Source: Macrostomum lignano
Taxonomy: Eukaryota
DNA length: 64,000 nt
Direction: 5' to 3'
Assembly (NCBI GenBank): GCA_002269645.1
Contig: NIVC01000130.1
Location: 372,001-436,000 of the forward strand
Shown here: positions 24,552 to 36,500 of the stretch, one piece after another
Layout: each line of letters starts with the position of its first letter
Numbering within the stretch: position 1 is the stretch's first letter
The notes under the pieces: generated by a model
Database searches by the model: none
What the model saw: the letters and a program-made list of their open reading frames with translations, nothing else
Told to the model about the DNA's origin: nothing
Position numbers and translations under genes: made by a program

Positions 24552-27500
24552 CTGACAAAATTAAAGTTTTGAAAAATTCTAAAAATTGCGTGTTGGCTTC
24601 TTGGAAAAATTTCTCGGTTATACTAGTATAATCAATTAGTAGGAACCCGTTGTATCATCAAGATGAAATTCCCACAGTGTCTGAAATAGAAACCAGCACA
24701 GTGTCTAAAATGGAGCCCACAGTGTCTGAAATGGAATCCACAGTGTCTAAAATGGATCTCAGTGTCTAAAATGGAACCCACAGTGTCTAAAATGGAACCC
24801 ACAGTGTCTAAAATGGAATCCACAGTGTCTAAAATGGATCTCAGTGTCTAAAATGGAGCCCACAGTGTCTGAAATGGAATCCACAGTGTCTAAAATGGAA
24901 CCCACAGTGTCTAAAATGGAATCCACAGTGTCTAAAATGGAATCCACGGTGTCTAAAATGGATCTCAGTGTCTAAAATGGCACCCAACCGTGTCTAAAAT
25001 GGAACCCACAATGTCTGAAATGGAGCCCAGCACAGTGTCTAAAATGAAACCCACAGTGTCTAAAATTTAACCCACAGTGCCTAAAATGGAACCCACAGTG
25101 CCTAAAATGGAACCCAGTGTCTAAAATGGAGCCCACAGTGTCTGAAATGGAATCCACAGTGTCTAAAATGGAATCCACAGTGTCTAAAATGGAATCCACA
25201 GTGTCTAAAATGGAAGCCACAGTGTCTAAAATGGAATCCACAGTGTCTAAAATGGATCTCAGTGTCTAAAATGGAACCCAAACGTGTCTAAAATGGAACC
25301 CACAATGTCTGAAATGGAACCCAGCACAGTGTCTAAAATGGAACCCACAGTGTCTAAAATGGAATCCACAGTGTCTAAAATGGAATCCACGGTGTCTAAA
25401 ATGGATCTCAGTGTCTAAAATGGAACCCAGCACAGTGTCTGAAATGGAACCCACAGTGTCTAAAATGGATCTCAGTGTCTAAAATGGAACCCAGCACAGT
25501 GTCTGAAATGGAACCCACAGTGTCTAAAATCGAACCCACAGTGTCTAAAATTTAACCCACAGTGCCTAAAATGGAACCCACAGTGCCTAAAATGGAACCC
25601 ACAGTGTCTAAAATCGAACCCACAGTGTCTAAAATTTAACCCACAGTGCCTAAAATGGAACCCACAGTGCCTAAAATGAAACCCACAGTGTCTAAAATGG
25701 AACCCACAGTGCCTAAAATGAAACCCACAGTGCCTAAAATGGAACCCACAGTGCCTAAAATGGAACCCAGTGTCTAAAATGGAACCCACAGTGTCTGAAA
25801 TGGAATCCACAGTGTCTAAAATGGAATCCACAGTGTCTAAAATGGATCTCAGTGTCTAAAATGGAACCCAACCGTGTCTAAAATGGAACCCACAATGTCT
25901 GAAATGGAGCCCAACAGTGTCTAAAATGGAACCCACAGTGTCTAAAATTTAACCCACAGTGCCTAAAACGGAACCCACAGTGCCTAAAATGGAACCCAGT
26001 GTCTAAAATGGAACCCACAGTGTCTGAAATGGAACCCACAGTGTCTAAAATGGAATCCACAGTGTCTAAAATGGAATCCACAGTGTCTAAAATGGAATCC
26101 TCAGTGTCTAAAATGGAACCCACAATGTCTGAAATGGAACCCAGCACAGTGTCTAAAATGGAACCCACAGTGTCTGAAATGGAACCCAGCACAGTGTCTA
26201 AAATGGAACCCACAGTGTCTAAAATGGAACCCACAGTGTCTAAAATGGAATCCACAGTGTCTAAAATGGAATCCACAGTGTCTAAAATGGAATCCACAGT
26301 GTCTAAAATGGAACCCAACCGTGTCTAAAATGGAACCCACAATGTCTGAAATGGAACCCAGCACAGTGTCTAAAATGGAACCCACAGTGTCTAAAATGGA
26401 ATCCACAGTGTCTAAAATGGAATCCACGGTGTCTAAAATGGATCTCAGTGTCTAAAATGGAACCCAGCACAGTGTCTGAAATGGAACCCACAGTGTCTAA
26501 AATGGAATCCACAGTGTCTAAAATGGATCTCAGTGTCTAAAATGGAAGCCACAGTGTCTAAAATGGAATCCACAGTGTCTAAAATGGATCTCAGTGTCTA
26601 AAATGGAGCCCACAGTGTCTGAAATGGAATCCACAGTGTCTAAAATGGAATCCACAGTGTCTAAAATGGATCTCAGTGTCTAAAATGGAACCCAGCACAG
26701 TGTCTGAAATGGAACCCACAGTGTCTAAAATGGATCTGAGTGTCTAAAATGGAACCCAACCGTGTCTAAAATGGAACCCACAATGTCTGAAATGGAGCCC
26801 AGCACAGTGTCTAAAATGAAACCCACAGTGTCTAAAATTTAACCCACAGTGTCTAAAATTTAACCCACAGTGCCTAAAATGGAACCCACAGTGCCTAAAA
26901 TGGAACCCAGTGTCTGAAATGGAACCCACAGTGTCTAAAATGAACCCACAGTGTCTAAAATGAAACCCACAGTGTCTAAGCATCTCAGCCACATGCACAC
27001 TGTTCTGCTCAGTACAGTGTAAACTTACGATCACCAATAGGTTGGGTGTAGCTTCGCTTCTCCAAGTAACTGACCAGGAATCTGTAGATGAAGGCGAGCT
27101 GACCCTAAGGGTGCAAGCATGAGGTTTTGTTGTGTCATGACACACTCGAAACTCCATGACCCATTTTCAAAACCTCCCTAACCAGTTTCAAATCTGATGA
27201 CCTACTTCGAAAGGTTGAATGACTCACTTGCATGTAAGCTAGATGACCATTTCCACTCATGACCTTTTTTATCCTATACCTCTGTGACACCCACGGTCAT
27301 AATCCTCCCAAACTTGTATGACCTTTTCCACACCATTCAAGATACACCCTCCATGAATCCAGGCTTTACCTGGGTCTGCACCGTGACCCCAAAACCTTAC
27401 CTTGGTCTGCCCCCCCCCCCATGACCCCAACCAAACCCTCATCTTGGTTTCTGCCCCCCCATGACCCCAACCAAACCCTCAACCTTGGTCTGCACCGTGA

Positions 27501-30500
27501 CCCCAAAACCTTACCTTGGTCTGCATCATGACCCCAAATAAACCCTCACCTTGGTCTGCACCATGACCCCAAACCCTCACCTTGGTCTGCACCGTGACCC
27601 CAAACCCTCACCTTGGTCTGCACCATGACCCCAAATAAACCCTCACCTTGGTCTGCACCATGACCCCAAACCCTCACCTTGGTCTGCACCATGAGTTTGC
27701 GGCAGGCCCGCAGCTGCATGACCGTCTCAAACACGTTGATGGTTTTGGCGCCGCGCAGCTCCAGCGAGCGCACCAGGATGTCCAGCGCGATCAGGGTGCC
27801 GGTCCGGCCGACCCCGGCGCTGCAGTGCACGAGAATCGGCGGCTCGTCGTCGCTTCGCCTCAACTTCGGCGCGTAGCTGCGCATCTGGGCGAGGAAGTCG
27901 GCGAGGTCGTCGACATTCGGCACGTTGTAGTCAGCCCAGCCCAGGTAGAAGAGCTGCACCACCTGAAGCGGCTCCGTCTGGTTTCTACGCAGGTTGGAGG
28001 GGTAGAAGAGAGGAACAGCGTACCTGCCCCAGCAGAAATACTTGGTATGTAAATTCGCTATTAAATATACACTTTACCTGTCGGCACTGCACGTGACCAG
28101 CATTTTCCGAACCGTATAAGTACCCAATGAACTTTCGCTGTCCAATACCACTTTGATGTCGTCGTAATATTCAGATTGGCCAACAGTTACTGGCCAGAAA
28201 CGCTCGCATTTCTTTTTCTCGCCTTCGAGGCACTGGGTTAGGGTTATAATGAGAGTCACCTTGTGCTGGTAGATCATGCGCCAGTGATCGTCTAGTGTGC
28301 CCGGCAGGGGGCCTTGGCTGGCTATGAACTCTCTCTGGCGGTCCAGGCCCCTGATTTGAGGATGGGTGGGGTTGCAACTTCACTTGCTTTTTAGAAAACT
28401 TTGGAAGGCTGATTTTTTACGCAAAAAATGTACACACTTACCCCATACATCCAGCTCACCTAGTTCACTCTCCTAGTCCTATAGTGTACACCTAGTTCAC
28501 TCTCCTAGTCCTATAGTGTACACCTAGTTCACTCTCCTAGTCCTATAGTGTACACCTAGTTCACTCTCCTAGTCCTATAGTGTACACCTAGTTCACTCTC
28601 CTAGTCCTATAGTGTACACCTAGTTCACTCTCCTAGTCCTATAGTGTACACCTAGTTCACTCTCCTAGTCCTATAGTGTACACCTAGTTCACTCTCCTAG
28701 TCCTATAGTGTACACCTAGTTCACTCTCCTAGTCCTATAGTGTACACCTAGTTCACTCTCCTAGTCCTATAGTGTACACCCAGTTCACTCTCCTAGTCCT
28801 ATAGTGTACACCTAGTTCACTCTCTTAGTCGTATAGTGTACACCCAGTTTACTCTTCTAGTCGTATAGTGTACACTCAGTTCACTATTCTAGTCGTATAG
28901 TGTACACCCAGTTCACTCTTCTAGTCCTATAGTGTACACCTAGTTCACTCTCCTAGTCCTATAGTGTACACCTAGTTCACTCTCTTAGTCGTATAGTGTA
29001 CACCCAGTTCACTCTTCTAGTCGTATAGTGTACACTCAGTTCACTCTTCTAGTCGTATAGTGTACACCCAGTTCACTCTTCTAGTCGTATAGTGTACACC
29101 CAGTTCACTCTCCTAGTCGTATAGTGTACACCCAGTTCACTCTTCTAGTCGTATAGTGTACACCCAGTTAACTCTACTAGTCGTATAGTGTACACCCAGT
29201 TCACTCTCCTAGTCCTATAGTGTACACCCAGCTCACTCTCCTAGTCCTATAGTGTACACTGTGTACAGTATGCAGTTAAAACTCGACCATTCCTTGTAAT
29301 TTATATCTACATGTACCAAACTGCATAACAAGCATGAATGTACACTGCTACAGGTACGCACCTACCCCTCTCCAGCTCACCTGATGTAGTTGGCATTGAT
29401 ATAATCATCTGGAGCCAAACCCGGGCCTTCGTAGTCGGATTCCAGAGTCACCCGAGTATGATCGTAGGGCAGGATGTCCGTGTACCGGTTCTTAGCCCTG
29501 TTGCAGTCTTCCATAGCCGCATCGCAGGTGAACTTGTAGTGCTCCAACGCTGTGCACTCTTCCCGCATCTCTTCAAACTGCAGGTGAACCCCCAGCTCGC
29601 TGTCTCTCAGCATTGAAGCCGCGTAGAAACCAAACTCTTCAACTGCCACCCCGTGGCTTTCTAGGCGTCTTGGGAAAATTGAGATGCAGAAATAATTAGG
29701 GTGGATCTTGTCAAGGACTCAAAGGGGAATTAGATGCTCAAAAGAAGCTTATCACAACTCACTGCATGGGAATATCTCGCGATTCCAGCCTTCCGCCTGA
29801 GGCGCCCATTCCAAGAAAGTGACGTCTTAAAAACAGCGACGCTGTCACGGCGACCACTGCAATAGCTAGAAACAACATTGTGCCGGTGAGGCCGACAGCC
29901 AATAAGCTAGAAGATACCTCTGGTTCCGGTGTAGTCCTCACCTGGAATTGAGGCCATGTTGGGATGTTCGTTGGGATTTGGATTAGGAACATATGCCAGA
30001 AACATACGCTTAGTTTACACCTAAGAATGTTTAACAACTATAGCATAACACTTGTCTAACAGTTGTGTACCTGTCTAACTGTTTTGTACGTGTCTAACTG
30101 TTGACATTGACCTGTCTAACACAACAACTGTAGCAATAACATAGGCAGTGTCCTGTCATCCATCATAATATTTGTCTAAATTTAACATCTATATCTTTTT
30201 TACAGTAACTATAGCAAAGTGTGTATCACAGTTTAAAACCATTCAAAGAAAATAATTTTAACAAAAAAGAGATTATAAACTGTAATTAGGTATTTTCTTA
30301 CCGAAGCCCACTGCACCTCGGACGTCTGGTTCATGTAGACAGCCCAGTAGGTCAGGTTGTATTCGAAGCCCGGCATCAAATTGTAAAAGATGATTTCACA
30401 GAAATGTTTTCTAACATCACAAGAATAATTTTGTCTTTCACCGGATACTCGTGCTTCCATTCGATCAGAAGTAGTTCTCTCTTTGAAGGACGCAACTAAT

Positions 30501-33500
30501 CTTCGACTGTCACTCGACTGTCTGTTCAGCGTTGGAGATTGCGGCTCTGTGGGGAGAATTATTGCATCGAATTTTTTGTTTGAAACATCATTAAAGCGAA
30601 TAGCTAATCATGGACCAGAGGAGTCCGCAGAGCAGCAGCATGCAAATTCTGCAGCAGAAGTTCTGGTGGCAGAAGAAGCCGTGTTGGAATTGGCGCTGGA
30701 TATCATCGAGGAAAACAGGTCCAGCAGCGCCCTGGTTGGCAGATGGATTTAGAGCAGATTGCGATGTGGAATCTAAGGAGTGGAGTCGCTGAATGATGAG
30801 AACAATGCTGTAAACTTCCTCCAGCTAGCCTTCCTCTGACCCAAAGCAGGTCTGGAACACGATCAAATGCCTCAGCAACGGCCAACAAGCAGCCCAGCCC
30901 AACGAGAACCTGGGGGTTGACAACCGAGAACTCTGCACTGACAAAGACAAATTCAACGCCTTCGGCCGCTACTACGAGAGAATCAGCACGCTGAAGCACG
31001 ACGCCACTCACCGCAAATTCAAGCTGAAAACGGCCAACCGCGCCTCGCCAACTATTCTGTCAATGACGACAACTACCGCCGTGATTTCACCGAAGGCGAA
31101 CTTTGCAGAGAAGTAGACCGTCTGGACCCGAGCAAGAAGTGTGGCCTGGACGGCAGAGAAGCGGCTGTTTTCCTTCATCTGCCCGACAATTGACGCTCTC
31201 CTTGGCTCAAGTCTTTTTTCGCTGCTGGCGCACCGGCTCCCCGGCCCTCTTCTTACTTTACGTCAACGCCTGCACGGAGTTCACGACTCCAGAAGTTGAA
31301 TACAGCGGGTATGCCGACGACATCGCCTTGTGGTCCACCGGAAGAGACGTCCGCGCCATCTTGGATCGCATCCAGGACGCTCTCCAGCGGATCGAGAAGT
31401 GGGCTGACTTCCTGCGCGTCGATCTCAACCCAGCCAAAACCGAATGCTGCCGCCTCTTCAGTAGAGACCGTGCCGACCGGGATCGCGCCCTCCTCTATCG
31501 CTGTACGGCCACGGTATCCCACCCCTAAGCAAAAACTGAAGTTCCTTGGGGTCTGGATCGACAGAGGACTTCTGTTCGACAGGCACACAAACACGGTCAA
31601 GGACAAGATGCAACGCAGAACAGCAATCATCCGCGCCCTTGCGCACCGGGAATGGGGCTGGGACCGCCCCCTGCTCCTTCGGGTCTACCGCGCCCTCCTC
31701 GAGTCGGTGGTCTAGCATGCCGCTGCAAAAACCCGCCTCGACGACCTCGATCGCGCTCAGAGAGAAGCGCTCAGGACCTTTACCGGGCTGCCTCGCTCTA
31801 CTCCCGTGGAAGCCATCTACCTTGAGGCGAATGTCCACCCAATCAGTCTCTTGCTGACCTACGAGAAAGTGTCCCGCCGCCCCATCGACGACCCGTTTCG
31901 GCGAATCTGCGATAGGCACCTAAACATCCGTCTGGCGGCTAACAAAGGCCTTCGCGAACAAGCCAGAGCCTGCTGCAATGCCATGGTCGCTCTGCCTCGT
32001 CTGCCTTTTCCTCTCATCTGCCATCCTTCATGGGACTCTCATCGATTATGGAGTCCATCTGTTTACCAAGCTCCTGGAGTTCGAGGGCTGAGGCTCGCGT
32101 CAGCCAGGAGTGCGTCTTGTTCGCCGGGGCGGGCCGCGAACCCTCGTGGGCAGTCGTAGAGAATGTGTTGCTCGGTGTCGCGAGCTCCGCAGTCCGGGCA
32201 CACGTCGGAGTCGGACAGACCGAGTCGGAGTCTAGTGGCGGCGGCAAGGTTGCTGCAGCCGGCGCGGAGCTGGTTGACCAGCACCTCAAGTCTCCTCGGC
32301 AAGGTTGGGAGTCTTGGCCATGGCGCCTTACGGCCCCAAAGCTCGAGGTCTAGCTCACGTCTTTTCCGGCAGAGGTAAGCGCTGGCTGCCATGATGGGGG
32401 CACCATGGTCGCTCTGATCTGCGGTCGCCAGTCTAGCCGCCCTGTCTGCGCGTTCGTTCATGGGTATGCCGCAGTGAGCCGGTATCCAGGTGATGCGGAT
32501 GGAATGATCGTTACTCTGGTTCCAAATTTCGGAGACTATTCTGCTGTTGCTGCGCTGGCCCGCCATGATGCTGTGAATGGCCGCCTGGGAGTCAGTAAAG
32601 ATGTCGATACATTGATGCTCTCTGGTATTCTGGATGGCAAGCAGTATGGCTTGAAGTTCCGCCTGGGTGCTGCTGCAGATGTTCCCTGCAGCGCTGGTGA
32701 CGACCCGACCCCAGCATGGGGTGATGATCACCGCTGCGCTGGTGCCGTCCGATGTGCCGCCGGCGGCCGAGCCGTCCGTCCAAACGCTGACCGGGTGGGA
32801 GCCGCGCTCCTCGAGGTACCTCAGTGCAGTATCGCTGCGGAGGCTCTGGGGCTGGCTGCGGCTGCACTGCGTAGCCAGACTGAGGTCGAAGGTGATCGCT
32901 TCGTGGACCGTCCACGGCGGCTGGGGCTGCGGAGCGGGCTCCCTAGTGGGGCCGTTGAGCAACCCCTGTCTGTCGAGCTCTTGGCTAACGCGGCGCCAGC
33001 AACCACGGTGTTCTCGCTGGTAGTCGTGGAGAACGGTGACGATGTCCTTTGGGTCTCTCGGTGTTCTCTGGTGGCTCTCAAAGGCTCGATTCTTCAGTCG
33101 TGGTCGGGTGTCCATTATGGCGACCTGAAATGCTGGAGTGTCCTGCGGGAGGCGTAGGATTCTTTCTCTGAGTGTCGCACTGCGCTGCAGCACCAGATGG
33201 CTGAAAGGCGGCAGGTTCGCCACCGCAAGCAGGTCCCGGATGTGAGTAAGTTGGAGGCACCCAGTGATGATCCGCGCACAGCTGTGTTGTTGGCGGTCGA
33301 TCAGCAGCTTAGAGCTGGCTGCAGTGAAGGACCCCCAGACCCCGCACGCGTAGTCGGCAACTGAGCGAACGGTGGCGATGTAAGCCATGCGGAGGATCTG
33401 GCTGTCCGCACCGGCCGATCTGGTAGCGAGGGCAGTGAGAGGTCTTCTGCGGGCGGCCATCTTTTTTCGGATCTTTGATGCATGGTGGCTGAAACTTAGG

Positions 33501-36500
33501 CTGTCGTCAAGAGTGAGTCCCAGGAAGGTCGGAGTTGGATCGAAGACAAGCTTGTCGCCGTTGATCTGGAGGTTCACTCTCCGTTTGCCGTTGTTTTCAT
33601 TTGCCGCTAGAGTGAAGGTGGAGTAGCAGCATTTCCCAGTGCTAATGGAGACTTTCCAATCTCGGCACCAGTCGGCCACTGCATCCAGGGCTGGTTGGAG
33701 TTCTCTGGCACAGATGTCGAGTGTGCGAGCGGTCGCCAGTAGGGCCGAGTCATCGGCGTAGAGACTGAGGCTGACCAAAGGGTTCGCCTCGGCGACTGCT
33801 TGGGCTAAATCGTTGACATAGATATTCCACAGCGTGGGCGCTAGCACACTGCCCTGTGGCAGGCCTTCACGGAAAACTCTGTTGCGGCTCGTGGCGTTAA
33901 CCCAGCGGACTGCGTTGTGACGGTCCGACAGGAAGCCTACGGCCGACCTTCAAGAGGTGCCCCTGTTTTTAACTAACGGACCGTACCACCACCGACAGGA
34001 AGCCACGGCAGTGCTCTCCGCTATTGAGCTGCGCTGCCCCGCCTCATACTGCCATCCTGGCGGACAGTCAGAGCGCCAGCGTCATCCAAGCGGACCAGCC
34101 CACGCTGAACTCCAGGCTCGAGACCGCTAAAACTCTCATTATTCAGGCGGCTCGCCGTACTCAGATGACCCTGCAGTGGGTGCCCGGGCACTCAGGGGTG
34201 CACGGCAACGAACTGGTCGATGCCGAAGCCAAAACCGCCGCTGCAGTCTGTCAGGAACAAGGCGAAATTTCGCCTCTAAAAAACGTATATCGGTCAACAC
34301 CTCAAGTACCAGCCCGGCCTGCACGGTCACCTGGAAGTGTACCGGCCGTGACCCGGTCTCGCTTGCGCCCGGTACTCTCCGGCAGCAGACGCTCGCCTCC
34401 CAAATCAGATCCGGCTGTCCCGAATCGTCCTACTACCGCATTGCCGAGAGAGGGAACCCTGTCGTCTCTGCAACCAGCCGGCCGAGCAATTCCTTATTCT
34501 GTGCGTGTCCGAAGCTCGATACTACCCGACGCATCATCGGCGTCACTTGTCTGCGCGACTTAGCACGAGGGGACGTGGTGTCACAGCTCTTGGGGGCCAT
34601 CTACTGGCAGCCCCTCTGAGCTCACCATCGCATTCAACAACAATAACATCAGCAACAACACCAGCAACATCAGCAACAACACCAGCGACACCAGCAACAA
34701 CACCAGCGACATCAGCAACAACACCAGCGAGAACACCAGCGACATCAGCAACAACACCAGCGACAACACCAGCGAGAACACCAGCGACATCAGCAACTAC
34801 ACCAGCGAAGCAACAACACCAGCGACAACACCAGCGGCAACACCAGCGAAAACACCAGTGACAACACCAGCGACAACACCAGCGACAACACCAGCAACAA
34901 CACCAGCGAAAACACCAGCGACAACACCAGCGACAACACCAGCGAAAACACCAGCGACAACACCAGCGACAACACCAGCGAAAACACCAGCGAAAACACC
35001 AGCGACAACACCAGCGACAACACCAGCGACAACACCAGCGAAAACACCAGCGACAACACCAGCGACAACACCAGCGACAACACCAGCAACAACACCAGCG
35101 ACAACACCAGCGGCAACACCAGCGAAAACACCAGCGAAAACACCAGCGACAACACCAGCGACAACACCAGCGACAACACCAGCGACAACACCAGCGAAAA
35201 CACCAGCGACAACACCAGCGACAACACCAGCGAAAACACCGGCGACAACACCAGCGACAACTGGTCTCAAAAACATTGAGCTTTGAGGGGATCTCTAAAA
35301 CATTAGCTTTTGTATGCATAACATTAAACGATTTCGATCTACATTCATACTTGTCTCGTGTACAATTTCAAATTTCGTATTCGAAGATACTGTCAATTTA
35401 GTTCTGTTATTGACAATAATATCTTAACAGTGAAATAACTGAATACTGCATGGCACTCACCCGTATAAACGCACTCGAAGGCTTTGTTCGTGACGATTTC
35501 AGCAAACAGACTGGACTTGTTGGCGTAAACTCTTCTCACTTTGACTGTAAGACAGTCGGAATGCCTAATAGTTCCTATGTCAAGGGCATTACCTTGTAGC
35601 AACTGACTGACAGTGACATTCAACTCATGCCTGTTCGAAACTTTCGAATCAACTTCGATTGTAAGTCCGTCAAAGCTGCAATTCTTGTCTTCTTGTGATA
35701 AACACGTTTTATTGATTTTGGCGTAGAGACTTCGGCTGTTTTTTTGTTGGTAAGCGATTACTAGACAAGCTGGGTTCATTCTGGGTTCTGAAACAGTGCA
35801 GTTATTATTAGAGTATATCACTCATAAATCGGTGGTTTTCGGACCATGTATCGAGACTCGGGATCTGGGAGGGAGATTGAGTATCTTGGAAATTATGATC
35901 TGAGAGAATAGGATCTGAAAAATTGGGATCTGGGAGATTGGAAAACTGAGAGTGTGGGATCATGGAAATTGGGGATCTGAGAGAGTGGGATCTGAGAGAC
36001 TGGGATCTGAGAGAGTGGGATCTTCGGAGATTGGAATCTGAGAGATTCGGATTTGGGAGATTGGGATCTGGGAGATTGGGATCTGGGAGATTCGGATTTG
36101 GGAGATTGGGATCTGGGAGATTGGGATCTGGGAGATTCGGATTTGGGAGATTGGGATCTGGGAGATTGGGATCTGGGAGATTCGGATTTGGGAGACTGGG
36201 ATCTGGGAGATTGGGATCTGGGAGATTGGGATCTGGGAGATTGGGATCTGGGAGATTGGGATCTGGGAGATTCGGATTTGGGAGATTGGGATCTGGGAGA
36301 TTGGGATCTGGGAGATTGGGATCTGGGAGATTGGGATCTGGGAGATTGGGATCTGGGAGATTCGGATTTGGGAGATTGGGATCTGGGAGATTGGGATCTG
36401 GGAGATTCGGATTTGGGAGATTGGGATCTGGGAGATTGGGATCTGGGAGATTCGGATTTGGGAGATTGGGATCTGGGAGATTGGGATCTGGGAGATTCGG

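Noticed and set aside
334-26512. Long ORFs such as VIETLDRQ, SQSV, FCNPTRYK, IRLQIRFPHPEF and MDSILDT as repeat proteins
   Set aside because: They are read-throughs of stop-poor tandem repeats, open in several frames and on both strands, with no splice or start context.
5025-29262. 28-42 bp repeat arrays as CRISPR arrays
   Set aside because: Units are head-to-tail with no unique spacers, there are no cas genes, and the DNA is eukaryotic.
30547-30830. Extra RPTP-A exon or separate plus-strand gene
   Set aside because: Frames contain stops, and the gene model is already phase-consistent without it.
35788-35845. In-frame TGA (35822-35824) suggesting RPTP-A is a pseudogene
   Set aside because: A better acceptor (CTAAT...ACTGTTTCAG) at 35787 excludes it and keeps phase 1-1.
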